Below are positions 9,366 to 18,222 of a stretch of 54,584 nucleotides of DNA, piece by piece (position 1 is the stretch's first letter; every line of letters begins with the position of its first letter). The DNA comes from a virus. Lineage: Duplodnaviria; Caudoviricetes. The translations under genes and the position numbers were made by a program. The stretch is from positions 1 to 54,584 of the IMG/VR virus record IMGVR_UViG_3300007512_002354. One strand, written 5' to 3'. Under the pieces are notes generated by a model. It ran no database searches, was not told where the DNA came from, and saw nothing but the letters and a program-made list of their open reading frames with translations.

Positions 9366-9685
9366 AATTAACTGAACAAGCAAAAACAAATATATTAAAG
9401 ATTAAAAAGAAAACTGCACCAAATGAAAAATATTTGAGAGTTGGATTGAAGTCAGGCGGATGCTCTGGGTTCTCATATTCTTATGAGTTCACGAACATTA
9501 CCAATGAAAACGACAAACTCTTTAAATTTGGTGATCTCACAATCTGTATAGATAAGAAATCATATTTTTATTTAAACGGATTAACAATTGACTATAAAGA
9601 AGATCTTTTTAAATCTGGCTTAGAATTCAAAGCCCCAAATGCTACAAGATCTTGTGGCTGTGGGGAATCCATAGCTTTCGAATGA
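9356..9685 (+). CDS. iscA: A-type Fe-S carrier (IscA/HesB family)
   Basis: LRVGLKSGGCSGFSY ... PNATRSCGCGESI. Confidence 0.93.
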   Translation: MGIKLTEQAKTNILKIKKKTAPNEKYLRVGLKSGGCSGFSYSYEFTNITNENDKLFKFGDLTICIDKKSYFYLNGLTIDYKEDLFKSGLEFKAPNATRSCGCGESIAFE

Positions 9686-10107
9686 TCCGCATTTATACAG
9701 ACGGAGCATACAGGAAGTTACTTGATTCTGCTGGTGCTGGAGTATTGATTATATGGGAGGATGGAAAACTATCCTCTTATTGTAAATACTTAGGCGACAC
9801 AACAAATAATCGTGCAGAATTACAAGCAATAAAGTATGGATTAACTATAGCTCTGATAGAAACAGGAGGATCTACTCCTGTAAAAGTATTATCTGATTCA
9901 ACATATGCTCTTGGTATTGCTGGCAATACTATGAAAGCAAAAGCTAACAAAGAGTTAGCTGAAGAAACACGAGCTATAGTTTCAGAATTCAGTGATATAA
10001 AATTTGTATGGGTAAAAGGTCATTCAAAAGATAGGTACAATCGATTGGCAGATCTGTTAGCTAATGTAGCTATAGATCAACACCTAGGTTTGGATACAAA
10101 GTATTAA
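9682..10107 (+). CDS. rnhA: Ribonuclease HI
   Basis: IYTDGA, TTNNRAEL, SDSTY, WVKGHS, NRLADLLA. Confidence 0.93.
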   Translation: MIRIYTDGAYRKLLDSAGAGVLIIWEDGKLSSYCKYLGDTTNNRAELQAIKYGLTIALIETGGSTPVKVLSDSTYALGIAGNTMKAKANKELAEETRAIVSEFSDIKFVWVKGHSKDRYNRLADLLANVAIDQHLGLDTKY

Positions 10108-10111
10108 TTGG

Positions 10112-10127
10112 GCGGGCTTACGCCCGC
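10112..10127. promoter_or_regulatory. C-TTAC-G hairpin, copy 2
   Basis: GCGGGC-TTAC-GCCCGC, identical to 3247..3262, upstream of ssb. Confidence 0.6.
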
Positions 10128-10191
10128 TCGGCTCTATGGCGGCTGCTTTATCTGTCGCTTTTTTTAATAACAAACTGGAGAATACAAACCA

Positions 10192-10611
10192 ATGAACGTT
10201 TTTTACGGTATTGGAAACTTGGGCAAGGACCCTGAGCTGCGAACCACCCCCAGTGGACGTAGTGTTACAAACTTTAACCTCGCTATTGATCGTCGCTATT
10301 ACACTGGCGCTGATGGTGAGGACCGTCGTCTAATTCGAGAAACCGACTGGACGCCTGTAGTTGTTTGGAATGGGCTTGCCGAAGTCTGTGCGTCTTATTT
10401 GCAGAAGGGCAGCAAGGTCTGTGTTGAGGGTTCTTTGCGACCGCGTCAGTACACTGATCGTGATGGCGTAAAGCATAACACCTTCGAGATTGTAGCAAGG
10501 AATGTTCACTTCCTTGATCGCATCCGTTCCTCTGAGGAGGTTGACGGTGCTGAGGCAATCTCTGAGATCGTTCCGAGCATGGATGCCGCAATGGCAGAGA
10601 TGTCGGGTTGA
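10192..10611 (+). CDS. ssb: Single-stranded DNA-binding protein
   Basis: GNLGKDPELRTTPSG, ETDW, YLQKGSKVCVEGSL, acidic tail; GGAG RBS. Confidence 0.95.
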   Translation: MNVFYGIGNLGKDPELRTTPSGRSVTNFNLAIDRRYYTGADGEDRRLIRETDWTPVVVWNGLAEVCASYLQKGSKVCVEGSLRPRQYTDRDGVKHNTFEIVARNVHFLDRIRSSEEVDGAEAISEIVPSMDAAMAEMSG

Positions 10612-10632
10612 TACTCTAAATTAATTTAGTGC

Positions 10633-10678
10633 ATAATGGGGCATGAGTACTTGGTACTTGTGCCCCATTATATTTTAT
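10633..10678 (+). terminator. Probable intrinsic terminator after ssb
   Basis: ATAATGGGGCATGAGTAC-TTG-GTACTTGTGCCCCATTAT followed by ATTTTAT. Confidence 0.75.
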
Positions 10679-10688
10679 AGGATAAAAA

Positions 10689-11123
10689 ATGTCAGATGAA
10701 TACAAGCCCTACGCGGCAAAAAAATTAAGCCAGAATGAACAAAAAAGAGTCGACGAGGTTGAAGAATTACTCAAAACAATATATAACCTAGACAAGGAAC
10801 AAAAGATTACACTGTTCCTTGGGTTAAGCCAACTAGTAGCCAATACGTGTCCAATCGAAACTAAGTCAGCATTATCTGCTGCCATTGTTGAGGGAACCGT
10901 TAATGATGGCTCTGATTTTGGTAGCATTTCTCTAATGTTCGGGATAACCTTTGCCGAAGTAAGAGATCAGTTATCATTAGCCGATCTACAAACGCCTTCA
11001 GAAGAAGATATAGCAAGCCTGATGCAAGAAATTCAGTCCTCTATTCAGGGACTATCAGGTGACACAAATATAGAGTCTTTTTTATTCAATAAAAAGAATG
11101 ATAAGGATGATTTAATAAACTAA
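10689..11123 (+). CDS. Hypothetical protein with N-terminal YKPYAAK motif
   Basis: 144-aa ORF with AGGA RBS. Confidence 0.65.
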   Translation: MSDEYKPYAAKKLSQNEQKRVDEVEELLKTIYNLDKEQKITLFLGLSQLVANTCPIETKSALSAAIVEGTVNDGSDFGSISLMFGITFAEVRDQLSLADLQTPSEEDIASLMQEIQSSIQGLSGDTNIESFLFNKKNDKDDLIN

Positions 11124-11141
11124 TAAAGTAGAGGTAATAAT

Positions 11142-11435
11142 ATGGCCAAGCAACAAGTAGTAAAAAAGAAAACTAACAGAGTATTAAGCACCATAACTGG
11201 TGCTGCTTCTTTTCTGAAAGATACAGTCTCAGGATTGTTTAACTCAGGAAAGAGTGTTCTAGATCTCCTCGTACATAAAGTGATCAGTAGAAAATTGCTT
11301 ACCTTTGGTATTGCAACCACACTATTGTCACAAGGCAATCTCGAGTCTTCAGACTGGACAATTATTGCCTGCATCTACATAGGAGTCCAAGGTGCAATTG
11401 ATTTCTGGAAAGTCAGACACGGAGTGTCTGGCTAA
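11142..11435 (+). CDS. Small membrane protein, holin-like
   Basis: SRKLL + TM + W...YIGVQGAID pattern. Confidence 0.5.
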   Translation: MAKQQVVKKKTNRVLSTITGAASFLKDTVSGLFNSGKSVLDLLVHKVISRKLLTFGIATTLLSQGNLESSDWTIIACIYIGVQGAIDFWKVRHGVSG

Positions 11436-11997
11436 TATCTCTAGAAGATTAGAATCGTGTACTAGATGTACACTATACAAAACAGCAACGCGCATAGTAC
11501 CAGGAAAGCTCATTGGCAATCCGAATACTGTGCGCGTTATGTTTATTGGGGAAGGACCTGGTGCAGATGAAGATCGCACTGGCTTACCGTTTGTCGGGAG
11601 GGCAGGACAGCTGCTTCAAAGAATATTAAATGACATCGGATTAATTGATAATATCTATATCACAAATATTATGAAGCATCGCCCCCCAAATAATAGAAAA
11701 CCCACAATAGAAGAAATGGATCACTGTGCTAATGAAGCATTGATTCGTGAAATAGAAACACTAAGACCCAAAAAGATTGTATGTTTGGGTAGAAGCCCTG
11801 CCGAATACATGATGACACTTGCTGATGGTGGCAGAGGTATACAAAAAGCAGGAAGCCTTAGAGGGCTTAAATTTAACATCACTCATGATGATGGCTGGTC
11901 TATACCAGTACTCTGTACGTGGCATCCAGCATTTATTTTAAGAAGACCAGAAAAAAGACATGAGCTTGAGGAAGATTTAAATCTTCTCATAACCTGA
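11392..11997 (+). CDS. Uracil-DNA glycosylase, family 4 (Fe-S type)
   Basis: CTRCTL, IGEGPGADED..GLPFVGRAG, TNIMKHRPPNNRKP, TWHPA. Confidence 0.95.
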   Translation: MQLISGKSDTECLANISRRLESCTRCTLYKTATRIVPGKLIGNPNTVRVMFIGEGPGADEDRTGLPFVGRAGQLLQRILNDIGLIDNIYITNIMKHRPPNNRKPTIEEMDHCANEALIREIETLRPKKIVCLGRSPAEYMMTLADGGRGIQKAGSLRGLKFNITHDDGWSIPVLCTWHPAFILRRPEKRHELEEDLNLLIT

Positions 11998-12456
11998 AGG
12001 ATCGTTAGCCCATCGAACGTATTCGAATAAGCAAGTTACTCTGACTTTATTATATTTTTTATAATCTAGTCCAAGTCCAAGCTTCTCAGCTAATTCCCAG
12101 CCAAGCTCCCATGCGATAATTTCTTCATGTATAACGTCAACTCTATATCTGTGATGATATATTTTCTTTTCACGACGCGCAGGCCACTCTCGAACGGTTC
12201 GAGTTAGAGCATGGCCTGCCTCGTGTAAGAGAGTGTAAAGTTGATCTTCTAAAGTTTGACTACTGTCAATCTTTATTATTTCCTCATCAGTATAATAATA
12301 ATTACCTGGTTGAGGCGAATACTCTACGGGAATGTTATATTTTATCGAAAGATACCTTTCGACCTTCTTTATACCTCTACCAAACTTCTTATTGCTCATA
12401 ATATAATCCAAAAAGCTCTTTAGCTTTTGCCAAAAACAAAGTATAATCTTATACAC
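11977..12456 (-). CDS. Putative zincin-like metallopeptidase
   Basis: LLHEAGHA plus downstream EEIIAW; start uncertain. Confidence 0.65.
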   Translation of the reverse strand: MYKIILCFWQKLKSFLDYIMSNKKFGRGIKKVERYLSIKYNIPVEYSPQPGNYYYTDEEIIKIDSSQTLEDQLYTLLHEAGHALTRTVREWPARREKKIYHHRYRVDVIHEEIIAWELGWELAEKLGLGLDYKKYNKVRVTCLFEYVRWANDPSGYEKI

Positions 12457-12560
12457 ATGAATACCCTAGCTACATAAACATTACTAATAACTATCATACA
12501 TTTATTATAAGGAAAGAATCATGCCATCTGTACTATAAAAGAATAAAAAACCATCCTGCA

Positions 12561-12920
12561 ATGATGATTGATCCACCTGGTGGGCAACGACACTTTGCTT
12601 TTGCTAAGGTTGGAAAAGTCTTATACATAGGTTGGAACAACCTTAAAACAAGACCACAATTATTGCATTGGAAAGAAAACGGATCATCTGTTGCTTGCTA
12701 TCATGCTGAAACACATGTCCTTTTCAAAATACCCAAACATAAAAGAAGTAGGGCAAAGATACATGTTATGCGTGTTAAAGCAGAAGGCAGACTTGCCTTT
12801 AGCAAGCCTTGTCACCATTGCCTTACGACCCTCCTTACGGAGGGCGTCTCTATGAAAAACATTTTTTACACAGACCATAATGGCGAGTGGAGGAATATAT
12901 ATAATGACACTCATATATGA
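12561..12920 (+). CDS. Zinc-dependent deaminase-fold protein
   Basis: GWN ... HAE ... SKPCHHC. Confidence 0.8.
   Translation: MMIDPPGGQRHFAFAKVGKVLYIGWNNLKTRPQLLHWKENGSSVACYHAETHVLFKIPKHKRSRAKIHVMRVKAEGRLAFSKPCHHCLTTLLTEGVSMKNIFYTDHNGEWRNIYNDTHI
12829..12844. promoter_or_regulatory. C-TTAC-G hairpin, intragenic copy
   Basis: CCCTCC-TTAC-GGAGGG within the deaminase ORF. Confidence 0.4.
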
Positions 12921-13609
12921 TCAAGAAAAAACTATAAAAGCAGGTACTGAATTCTTCTTAAGTGTAAGGGGACATAAAGGATTTTATTATCCTGATAGAA
13001 ATAATATTGTTACCCTGTCTAAAGATATAAGTGCAACGAGAATAAGTTGGACATGTGGAAGTGATGAATACGCTCCATACAGAGTTGACATAGACGAACT
13101 CAAAGCATTAAGCCCTTCAGTCAACGTAGTGTGGCTGGAAAAGGAGTAAACATGTTTGACCAAAACTTAGAAGACTTATTAAAATGGAGAAAAGCATACC
13201 AGGCAAAGTTGCTTGAAAATAAACAACTTATAAATGCTCTTGAAAAAAAGAACGAATTAATTGAAGACCTTATGAGTAAAATAGAAAAACTTACTACTAA
13301 AAAAACTACAAGAAAAAAGAAAGACTCTTCAAAAGAGGAAGCTTCTAATAAGGAGAAGTAAGGATGAATATACCTAATGAAGTGATGCTTATTTTTGCAT
13401 TCATTGGTTTTATTTCCAGTGCTTACTTCCTACCAATACTGGTAACTTATATATTTTCTTGGATAAAATTTAAGACTCCTCCAAAGACAATTCAAGAGGA
13501 GAAAAACGATTTATTACAAGATGAACTAGACAGATTAAACCAAAAATTATCTCAATTAGAGAAAGAAAATGAAGATATGACTCGTGCAGTCATCCAACAA
13601 CTAAGGTAA
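12880..13609 (+). other. Three small hypothetical ORFs (12880..13149, 13131..13361, 13364..13609)
   Basis: Co-oriented and tightly packed; the last has a TM segment plus coiled coil. Confidence 0.55.
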
Positions 13610-13614
13610 TTAAT

Positions 13615-14085
13615 ATGAACACTTATACCGTTGTCTTAAGGGGCAACCCCGTCAACAGTACGGAAACCTGTACTGCGACTTATGATGATGTTGTAGCCTC
13701 TAACAGTCTCCATGCTGAAGAAGAAGCTGCTGCTCTAGCATCTTATGATGGCTATGAAAATGTTTCTATTGTGAGTGTAAACCAAAATCCCACTAGCACT
13801 AGAAGTTATACTCCCTATGATCGCCATACTTATCAGACCAACGTATCATCTACACAAAACTATACTTATCAGGATGAACCCTCCTACACTCCATATGGTG
13901 GCGTCAGTGTTGCAGAGAGTGAACCCACTGAGGATGGTAGCAACTACCAGCCCTATGCAAGCGTGAATACAGCTACATCTGCAAGCTCAGCTCCTGAGTC
14001 TTGGCACTCAACGATGAGTAATGGCTATTGTCCATATCGCTCCTTCCGGAATGCGTTGCCTTTCGGATATAAGCCTACTACTTGA
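13615..14085 (+). CDS. Hypothetical protein with repeated YxPY motifs in a low-complexity tail
   Basis: YTPY x2, YQPY, YCPY and terminal GYKPTT. Confidence 0.7.
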   Translation: MNTYTVVLRGNPVNSTETCTATYDDVVASNSLHAEEEAAALASYDGYENVSIVSVNQNPTSTRSYTPYDRHTYQTNVSSTQNYTYQDEPSYTPYGGVSVAESEPTEDGSNYQPYASVNTATSASSAPESWHSTMSNGYCPYRSFRNALPFGYKPTT

Positions 14086-14163
14086 ACCCAGGATTAGGAA
14101 AAGATATGATTGAAGGTAGGGGGATATCCCTCCTACCTCAATCATATGGCTTGGGGAGAGTAT

Positions 14164-15927
14164 ATGGAGCTAATACCATTACAAATAATATCTAAGGATC
14201 AAGGCGTTCCGATACCTAATGTTGCCTTCACTTTTAGTATACCTTTAATAAGTGAAAGTACAAAATTTGAAACTTCAAGAATAGAAATTAAAGAAACATA
14301 TGTTGACGAAGTATTTGTAATAGGAATTTCAGAAGAAGACGAACTTAGCCTTAATCTCTGCCTAACACCAGAAGAAACGTTAGATTCTATTGGTGGAATA
14401 GGTGTACTATGCATTGCCAAGAATATAGAAAGATCTAATACTAAGATAGAGATCTTATGTCATCCAATATTTAGAGTAAAAGTCAATAAACTTTTTGCTA
14501 AATCAAGCAATCTTTCTGTTGAATTTACACGCTTGCAAGACGCATTCTTGCCAGGCGAACATAGCCTTGCTGCAGATCTTAAACAACTAATTGTACATAT
14601 GGTTGTTAATAAGAATCTTGTAACAGAAAGAGTAAAGCAAAGAATAGAAGCAGCTAATGATTTAATTAAGATAACTAATCTTTTAGCTGCATCATTGTCT
14701 TTAACTAATACTGAAAAAAATATATACATACAAACTGAAAATAATATAGAAAGAATAAATATTATTATTCAGAAATTAATTTACAGACTCAATAGAGATA
14801 AAGATAACAAGTTAAAGAAAAAGAAATCTCAAAATATAAATCTAGATACTCTGAAGCCTTTTCTTGAACAAATTATTGCTCAACAAGATCATGAAGAAAA
14901 TGGGTTCCAAATCTTAGATGAAGAAAATGATAACTCTTCTCAAATCCCTCATCACATCCTAAAAAGAATTAAGAAAGAAAGAGATCGTTTAGAAACTCTT
15001 CCTCCCCAATCTCTTGAGTACCAAACGGTAATGGAATACCTGTCATGGATTAATGATATCCCATGGACAAAGTATTCTTACAAAGAATTAGAGTTAAAAA
15101 AACTAACCGCTATACTCGATGAGACACACTATGGGTTAGCTGATGTTAAAGAACACATCTTAGAACACATGACTATAGAACACATAACTAAATCATCAAA
15201 AGGATCTGTATTGTGTTTTATAGGGCCGCCAGGGACTGGAAAGACCAGTATAGCTAAACAAATTGCTAAGGCTACCAACCGATCAATTATTAAAATTGCA
15301 CTCGGAGGCATGCATGATGAATCAGAAATCAGAGGTCACAGACGCACATATGTGGCAGCTCGGCCTGGAAGAATAATTGTTGGACTCAAAGATGCAGAAA
15401 CTATGGATCCTCTTTTTCTTCTAGACGAAGTTGATAAAATGGATAGCAAAAGAGGAGATCCAACTTCTGCTTTACTAGAACTTTTAGATCCAGAACAAAA
15501 TCCAGAATTTATTGACAGGTATATCGAAATACCAGTTGACTTATCAAGAGCAATGTTTATTTGCACTGCAAATTACATTGAAAATATACCGCCACCATTA
15601 TTAGACAGATTAGAACTAATAACATTTAGAGAATATAAAAAGGCGGAACGATTAATAATCTTAAGAGATTTTTTAATACCTAATATTAAAGAATCCTATC
15701 AATTAAACGAGGCAAATATTACGATTACAGATGAAGCTATCGATTACATAGCAAAAACAGTATCAATTAGAAGTATTGAAAAGCTTATGAAGAAATTATT
15801 TAGAAAAGCAGCAGTAAGAATATTTGTGAGAGATGAAGAATCAGTTATTATTGATGCTAATTTTGTCAAATCAACGACAAGTGTAGAAGACCTTACCTTA
15901 GAGAAAAAAATAGGATTCACTCATTAA
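14164..15927 (+). CDS. Lon-like AAA+ ATPase lacking the protease domain
   Basis: YLSWINDIPW, LDETHYGLADVKEHILE, GPPGTGKT, ALGGMHDESEIRGHRRTYV, LLDEVDK, LLELLDPEQN; ends after the AAA lid with KKIGFTH. Confidence 0.9.
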   Translation: MELIPLQIISKDQGVPIPNVAFTFSIPLISESTKFETSRIEIKETYVDEVFVIGISEEDELSLNLCLTPEETLDSIGGIGVLCIAKNIERSNTKIEILCHPIFRVKVNKLFAKSSNLSVEFTRLQDAFLPGEHSLAADLKQLIVHMVVNKNLVTERVKQRIEAANDLIKITNLLAASLSLTNTEKNIYIQTENNIERINIIIQKLIYRLNRDKDNKLKKKKSQNINLDTLKPFLEQIIAQQDHEENGFQILDEENDNSSQIPHHILKRIKKERDRLETLPPQSLEYQTVMEYLSWINDIPWTKYSYKELELKKLTAILDETHYGLADVKEHILEHMTIEHITKSSKGSVLCFIGPPGTGKTSIAKQIAKATNRSIIKIALGGMHDESEIRGHRRTYVAARPGRIIVGLKDAETMDPLFLLDEVDKMDSKRGDPTSALLELLDPEQNPEFIDRYIEIPVDLSRAMFICTANYIENIPPPLLDRLELITFREYKKAERLIILRDFLIPNIKESYQLNEANITITDEAIDYIAKTVSIRSIEKLMKKLFRKAAVRIFVRDEESVIIDANFVKSTTSVEDLTLEKKIGFTH

Positions 15928-15933
15928 ACTGGA

Positions 15934-16887
15934 GTGAGTATGATAAGGAAAATTCCTTATAATAAAAATGCGATCCCTCATATCGCCAATATAATTAATA
16001 TACATTCTAACATGTCTATTATTAATTCAATTAATGAGTACAAACCTCTATTTGCTGGTGGATACCCAATGGCACTTCTGTTCGCACCGCGAAGAGAAAC
16101 CAACGCTTTAGAAATAGCTCCAGGATATTTCTCTGACTATGATATGTATTTTCAGAGTAAAAAAGATTTTGAATCTGCTTTAGAGGTTCTAAAATTTGAA
16201 TACACTGGAGAAGCGGGAAACACAAAGAAAGATTACTACATAAGTGAATCAATAAGCACTGATAATGCTGTTACACTTATTATGTCGCGTACACAACGGC
16301 TTAATCCACAGCCTGCACCCCTTGTATTACAACTTATACGAAGTAGAATCGCTCCACCTGAAGAACTACTCTCTACTTTTGATTTTACTAACTGCGCTAT
16401 TGGGTTTTCTCCTGCAGAAAAAGCTTTTTACTGCCATCGTGATACTCTTAGAGACCATCACGAGAGAACGCTAGAGATTCTAAACCCTTGGATGTTAGAT
16501 AATATAACACAAGAAAACATACAAAATATAATTGTTCAAATAGCTAGATTTATAAAGTATTCTCAAAGATGGGAATACACACTAAGTAATAAATCATTTG
16601 ACAAATTAATAGAAGTATACAATGATCACCCGAACATAGTGACTAACACTAATATTGTTTACAATGGATCTGAAACTTACAATGGACTGTCTTTCATTGC
16701 AAGGCAAAATCAAAATGTTTGGGAGGCCATTGCCCCTTTGCTCCGTGCTCATTCAAAATGGTTGTCTTTTAAAGACCAGCACGGAATTATATCTGGTAAA
16801 CCCGTTCCTTTAGAAAATAGTACTACAGAACAAAACACAGCTTCAGGAGTATTAGCTTCTGAAGTAGTATCCGACGTACCCTTTTAA
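15934..16887 (+). CDS. Nucleotidyltransferase-fold protein (pol-beta superfamily)
   Basis: FAGG ... SDYDMYF ... LQLI ... FDFTNCAI. Confidence 0.65.
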   Translation: MSMIRKIPYNKNAIPHIANIINIHSNMSIINSINEYKPLFAGGYPMALLFAPRRETNALEIAPGYFSDYDMYFQSKKDFESALEVLKFEYTGEAGNTKKDYYISESISTDNAVTLIMSRTQRLNPQPAPLVLQLIRSRIAPPEELLSTFDFTNCAIGFSPAEKAFYCHRDTLRDHHERTLEILNPWMLDNITQENIQNIIVQIARFIKYSQRWEYTLSNKSFDKLIEVYNDHPNIVTNTNIVYNGSETYNGLSFIARQNQNVWEAIAPLLRAHSKWLSFKDQHGIISGKPVPLENSTTEQNTASGVLASEVVSDVPF

Positions 16888-16896
16888 GGAGAAATA

Positions 16897-17085
16897 ATGA
16901 CCAATTCATTGAATATTTATGGTCTTACTGCCGACGGCTCCACTCTTCCTAACGTTCTCTTCACTTCTCGTGAAGATGCTCGCGTACATAAGCGCAAGCT
17001 CTCCGCTATGCGCAAGCATACGGACACTACGTTTAAGATTTGGCGTGTAGCTGTTAACGACAGTAATGTTACCTGGATCCGCTAG
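16897..17085 (+). CDS. Small hypothetical protein
   Basis: Strong AAGGAG RBS. Confidence 0.65.
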   Translation: MTNSLNIYGLTADGSTLPNVLFTSREDARVHKRKLSAMRKHTDTTFKIWRVAVNDSNVTWIR

Positions 17086-17835
17086 CTAGTATAGCCACAC
17101 ATTTTGAATGGGGACTACGAGAACTTGGTTTTCTTGTGGTCCCCATTCACTAACAGCTATAGCTACAGTGATACCAATAAGCTTTCCTTGTTCATTATAT
17201 ACCCCGCCACCAGAAAAGCCTGGTGCAGCAAAACCAGTTACAAACATAACCTGCTCCCCATTGTCACCCGTGAACCAGGAAACCAAACCTTTAGAAAGCC
17301 AAGGGCTTCGACCCCAAGGCATTCCAATCAGAAATACGTTATCCCCTATACTTGCATCTCTTTGAGCAATGCGAGCTGGCTTGGTTCCTTCTGGCGGATT
17401 ATCTACTTTAAAGATAGCCCAGTCAGTAACAAGACTTTCATCTAAATCTACAACCGCAGTACCAAGAGATACACATTCTGTTTCATCTATTATAGAGCAA
17501 GCATACAGATCATTAGTCCATGAGGCTATGGCTACGTGCTCTGCTGTTAATATAGTAGAACCAAATCTCTGACTTTTCATTACAATACCAGTACCAATTG
17601 CAGTTGTAGTCCCGAAAGGACCCCTGATATTAATTGAAACAGTACTTTTGAGAATTGTTCGAGGTACACTCAAGCTCTGATGTCCAACATCAATGAACTC
17701 AAATGCACTATCATGAAAGGAACTCAACTGACTTTTTGGACTGTGGCTCACATCTAAATTTAGTAGTCCTAATACTAAGCAAGAAATAGCCATTACCATT
17801 ACTGTAAAATACTTTAAACTTCGAAAGAATCTCAT
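17086..17835 (-). CDS. Trypsin-like serine protease with N-terminal signal/anchor
   Basis: GTG, ILTAEHV (His), DWAI (Asp), PGFSGGG (Ser). Confidence 0.88.
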   Translation of the reverse strand: MRFFRSLKYFTVMVMAISCLVLGLLNLDVSHSPKSQLSSFHDSAFEFIDVGHQSLSVPRTILKSTVSINIRGPFGTTTAIGTGIVMKSQRFGSTILTAEHVAIASWTNDLYACSIIDETECVSLGTAVVDLDESLVTDWAIFKVDNPPEGTKPARIAQRDASIGDNVFLIGMPWGRSPWLSKGLVSWFTGDNGEQVMFVTGFAAPGFSGGGVYNEQGKLIGITVAIAVSEWGPQENQVLVVPIQNVWLY

Positions 17836-17924
17836 TACAACACCGCCTTAATACAAACATTACACTCTATCTAGCAACACTAAGTTACCTATAATATAGA
17901 GTGTAGCATCTCTGGAGTATAAAA

Positions 17925-18173
17925 ATGAAGCTTGTCTGTATAGATAAAGATAATTGCGGATACATCGAGTACAACTGCGAATATGAAGAGACAGAAGAAA
18001 CAATAACTTCTTGTCCTGCTTGCGGTTACGCTGCCGGTATATTTAGTGACGAATATGAACCATTATCAACCCAAGGAGAAGATGAAATAAATTACTTACT
18101 CCTCAGGGTCTATGGACTCCTACATACTGCTGAAAAAATATTTAAAAACAAAATTGATAAAGAACCTGAATAG
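17925..18173 (+). CDS. Small zinc-ribbon-like protein
   Basis: CIDKDNC ... CPACG; GGAG RBS. Confidence 0.6.
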   Translation: MKLVCIDKDNCGYIEYNCEYEETEETITSCPACGYAAGIFSDEYEPLSTQGEDEINYLLLRVYGLLHTAEKIFKNKIDKEPE

Positions 18174-18174
18174 C

Positions 18175-18190
18175 GCTCCCTTACGGGAGC
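18175..18190. promoter_or_regulatory. C-TTAC-G hairpin, copy 3
   Basis: GCTCCC-TTAC-GGGAGC upstream of the 975-aa gene. Confidence 0.6.
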
Positions 18191-18222
18191 TGCTTTGTGA
18201 ACTTTTCACATAGGAAAACATT

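Noticed and set aside
17104-17572. Three + strand ORFs
   Set aside because: They lie opposite the trypsin-like protease, which has a full catalytic triad.
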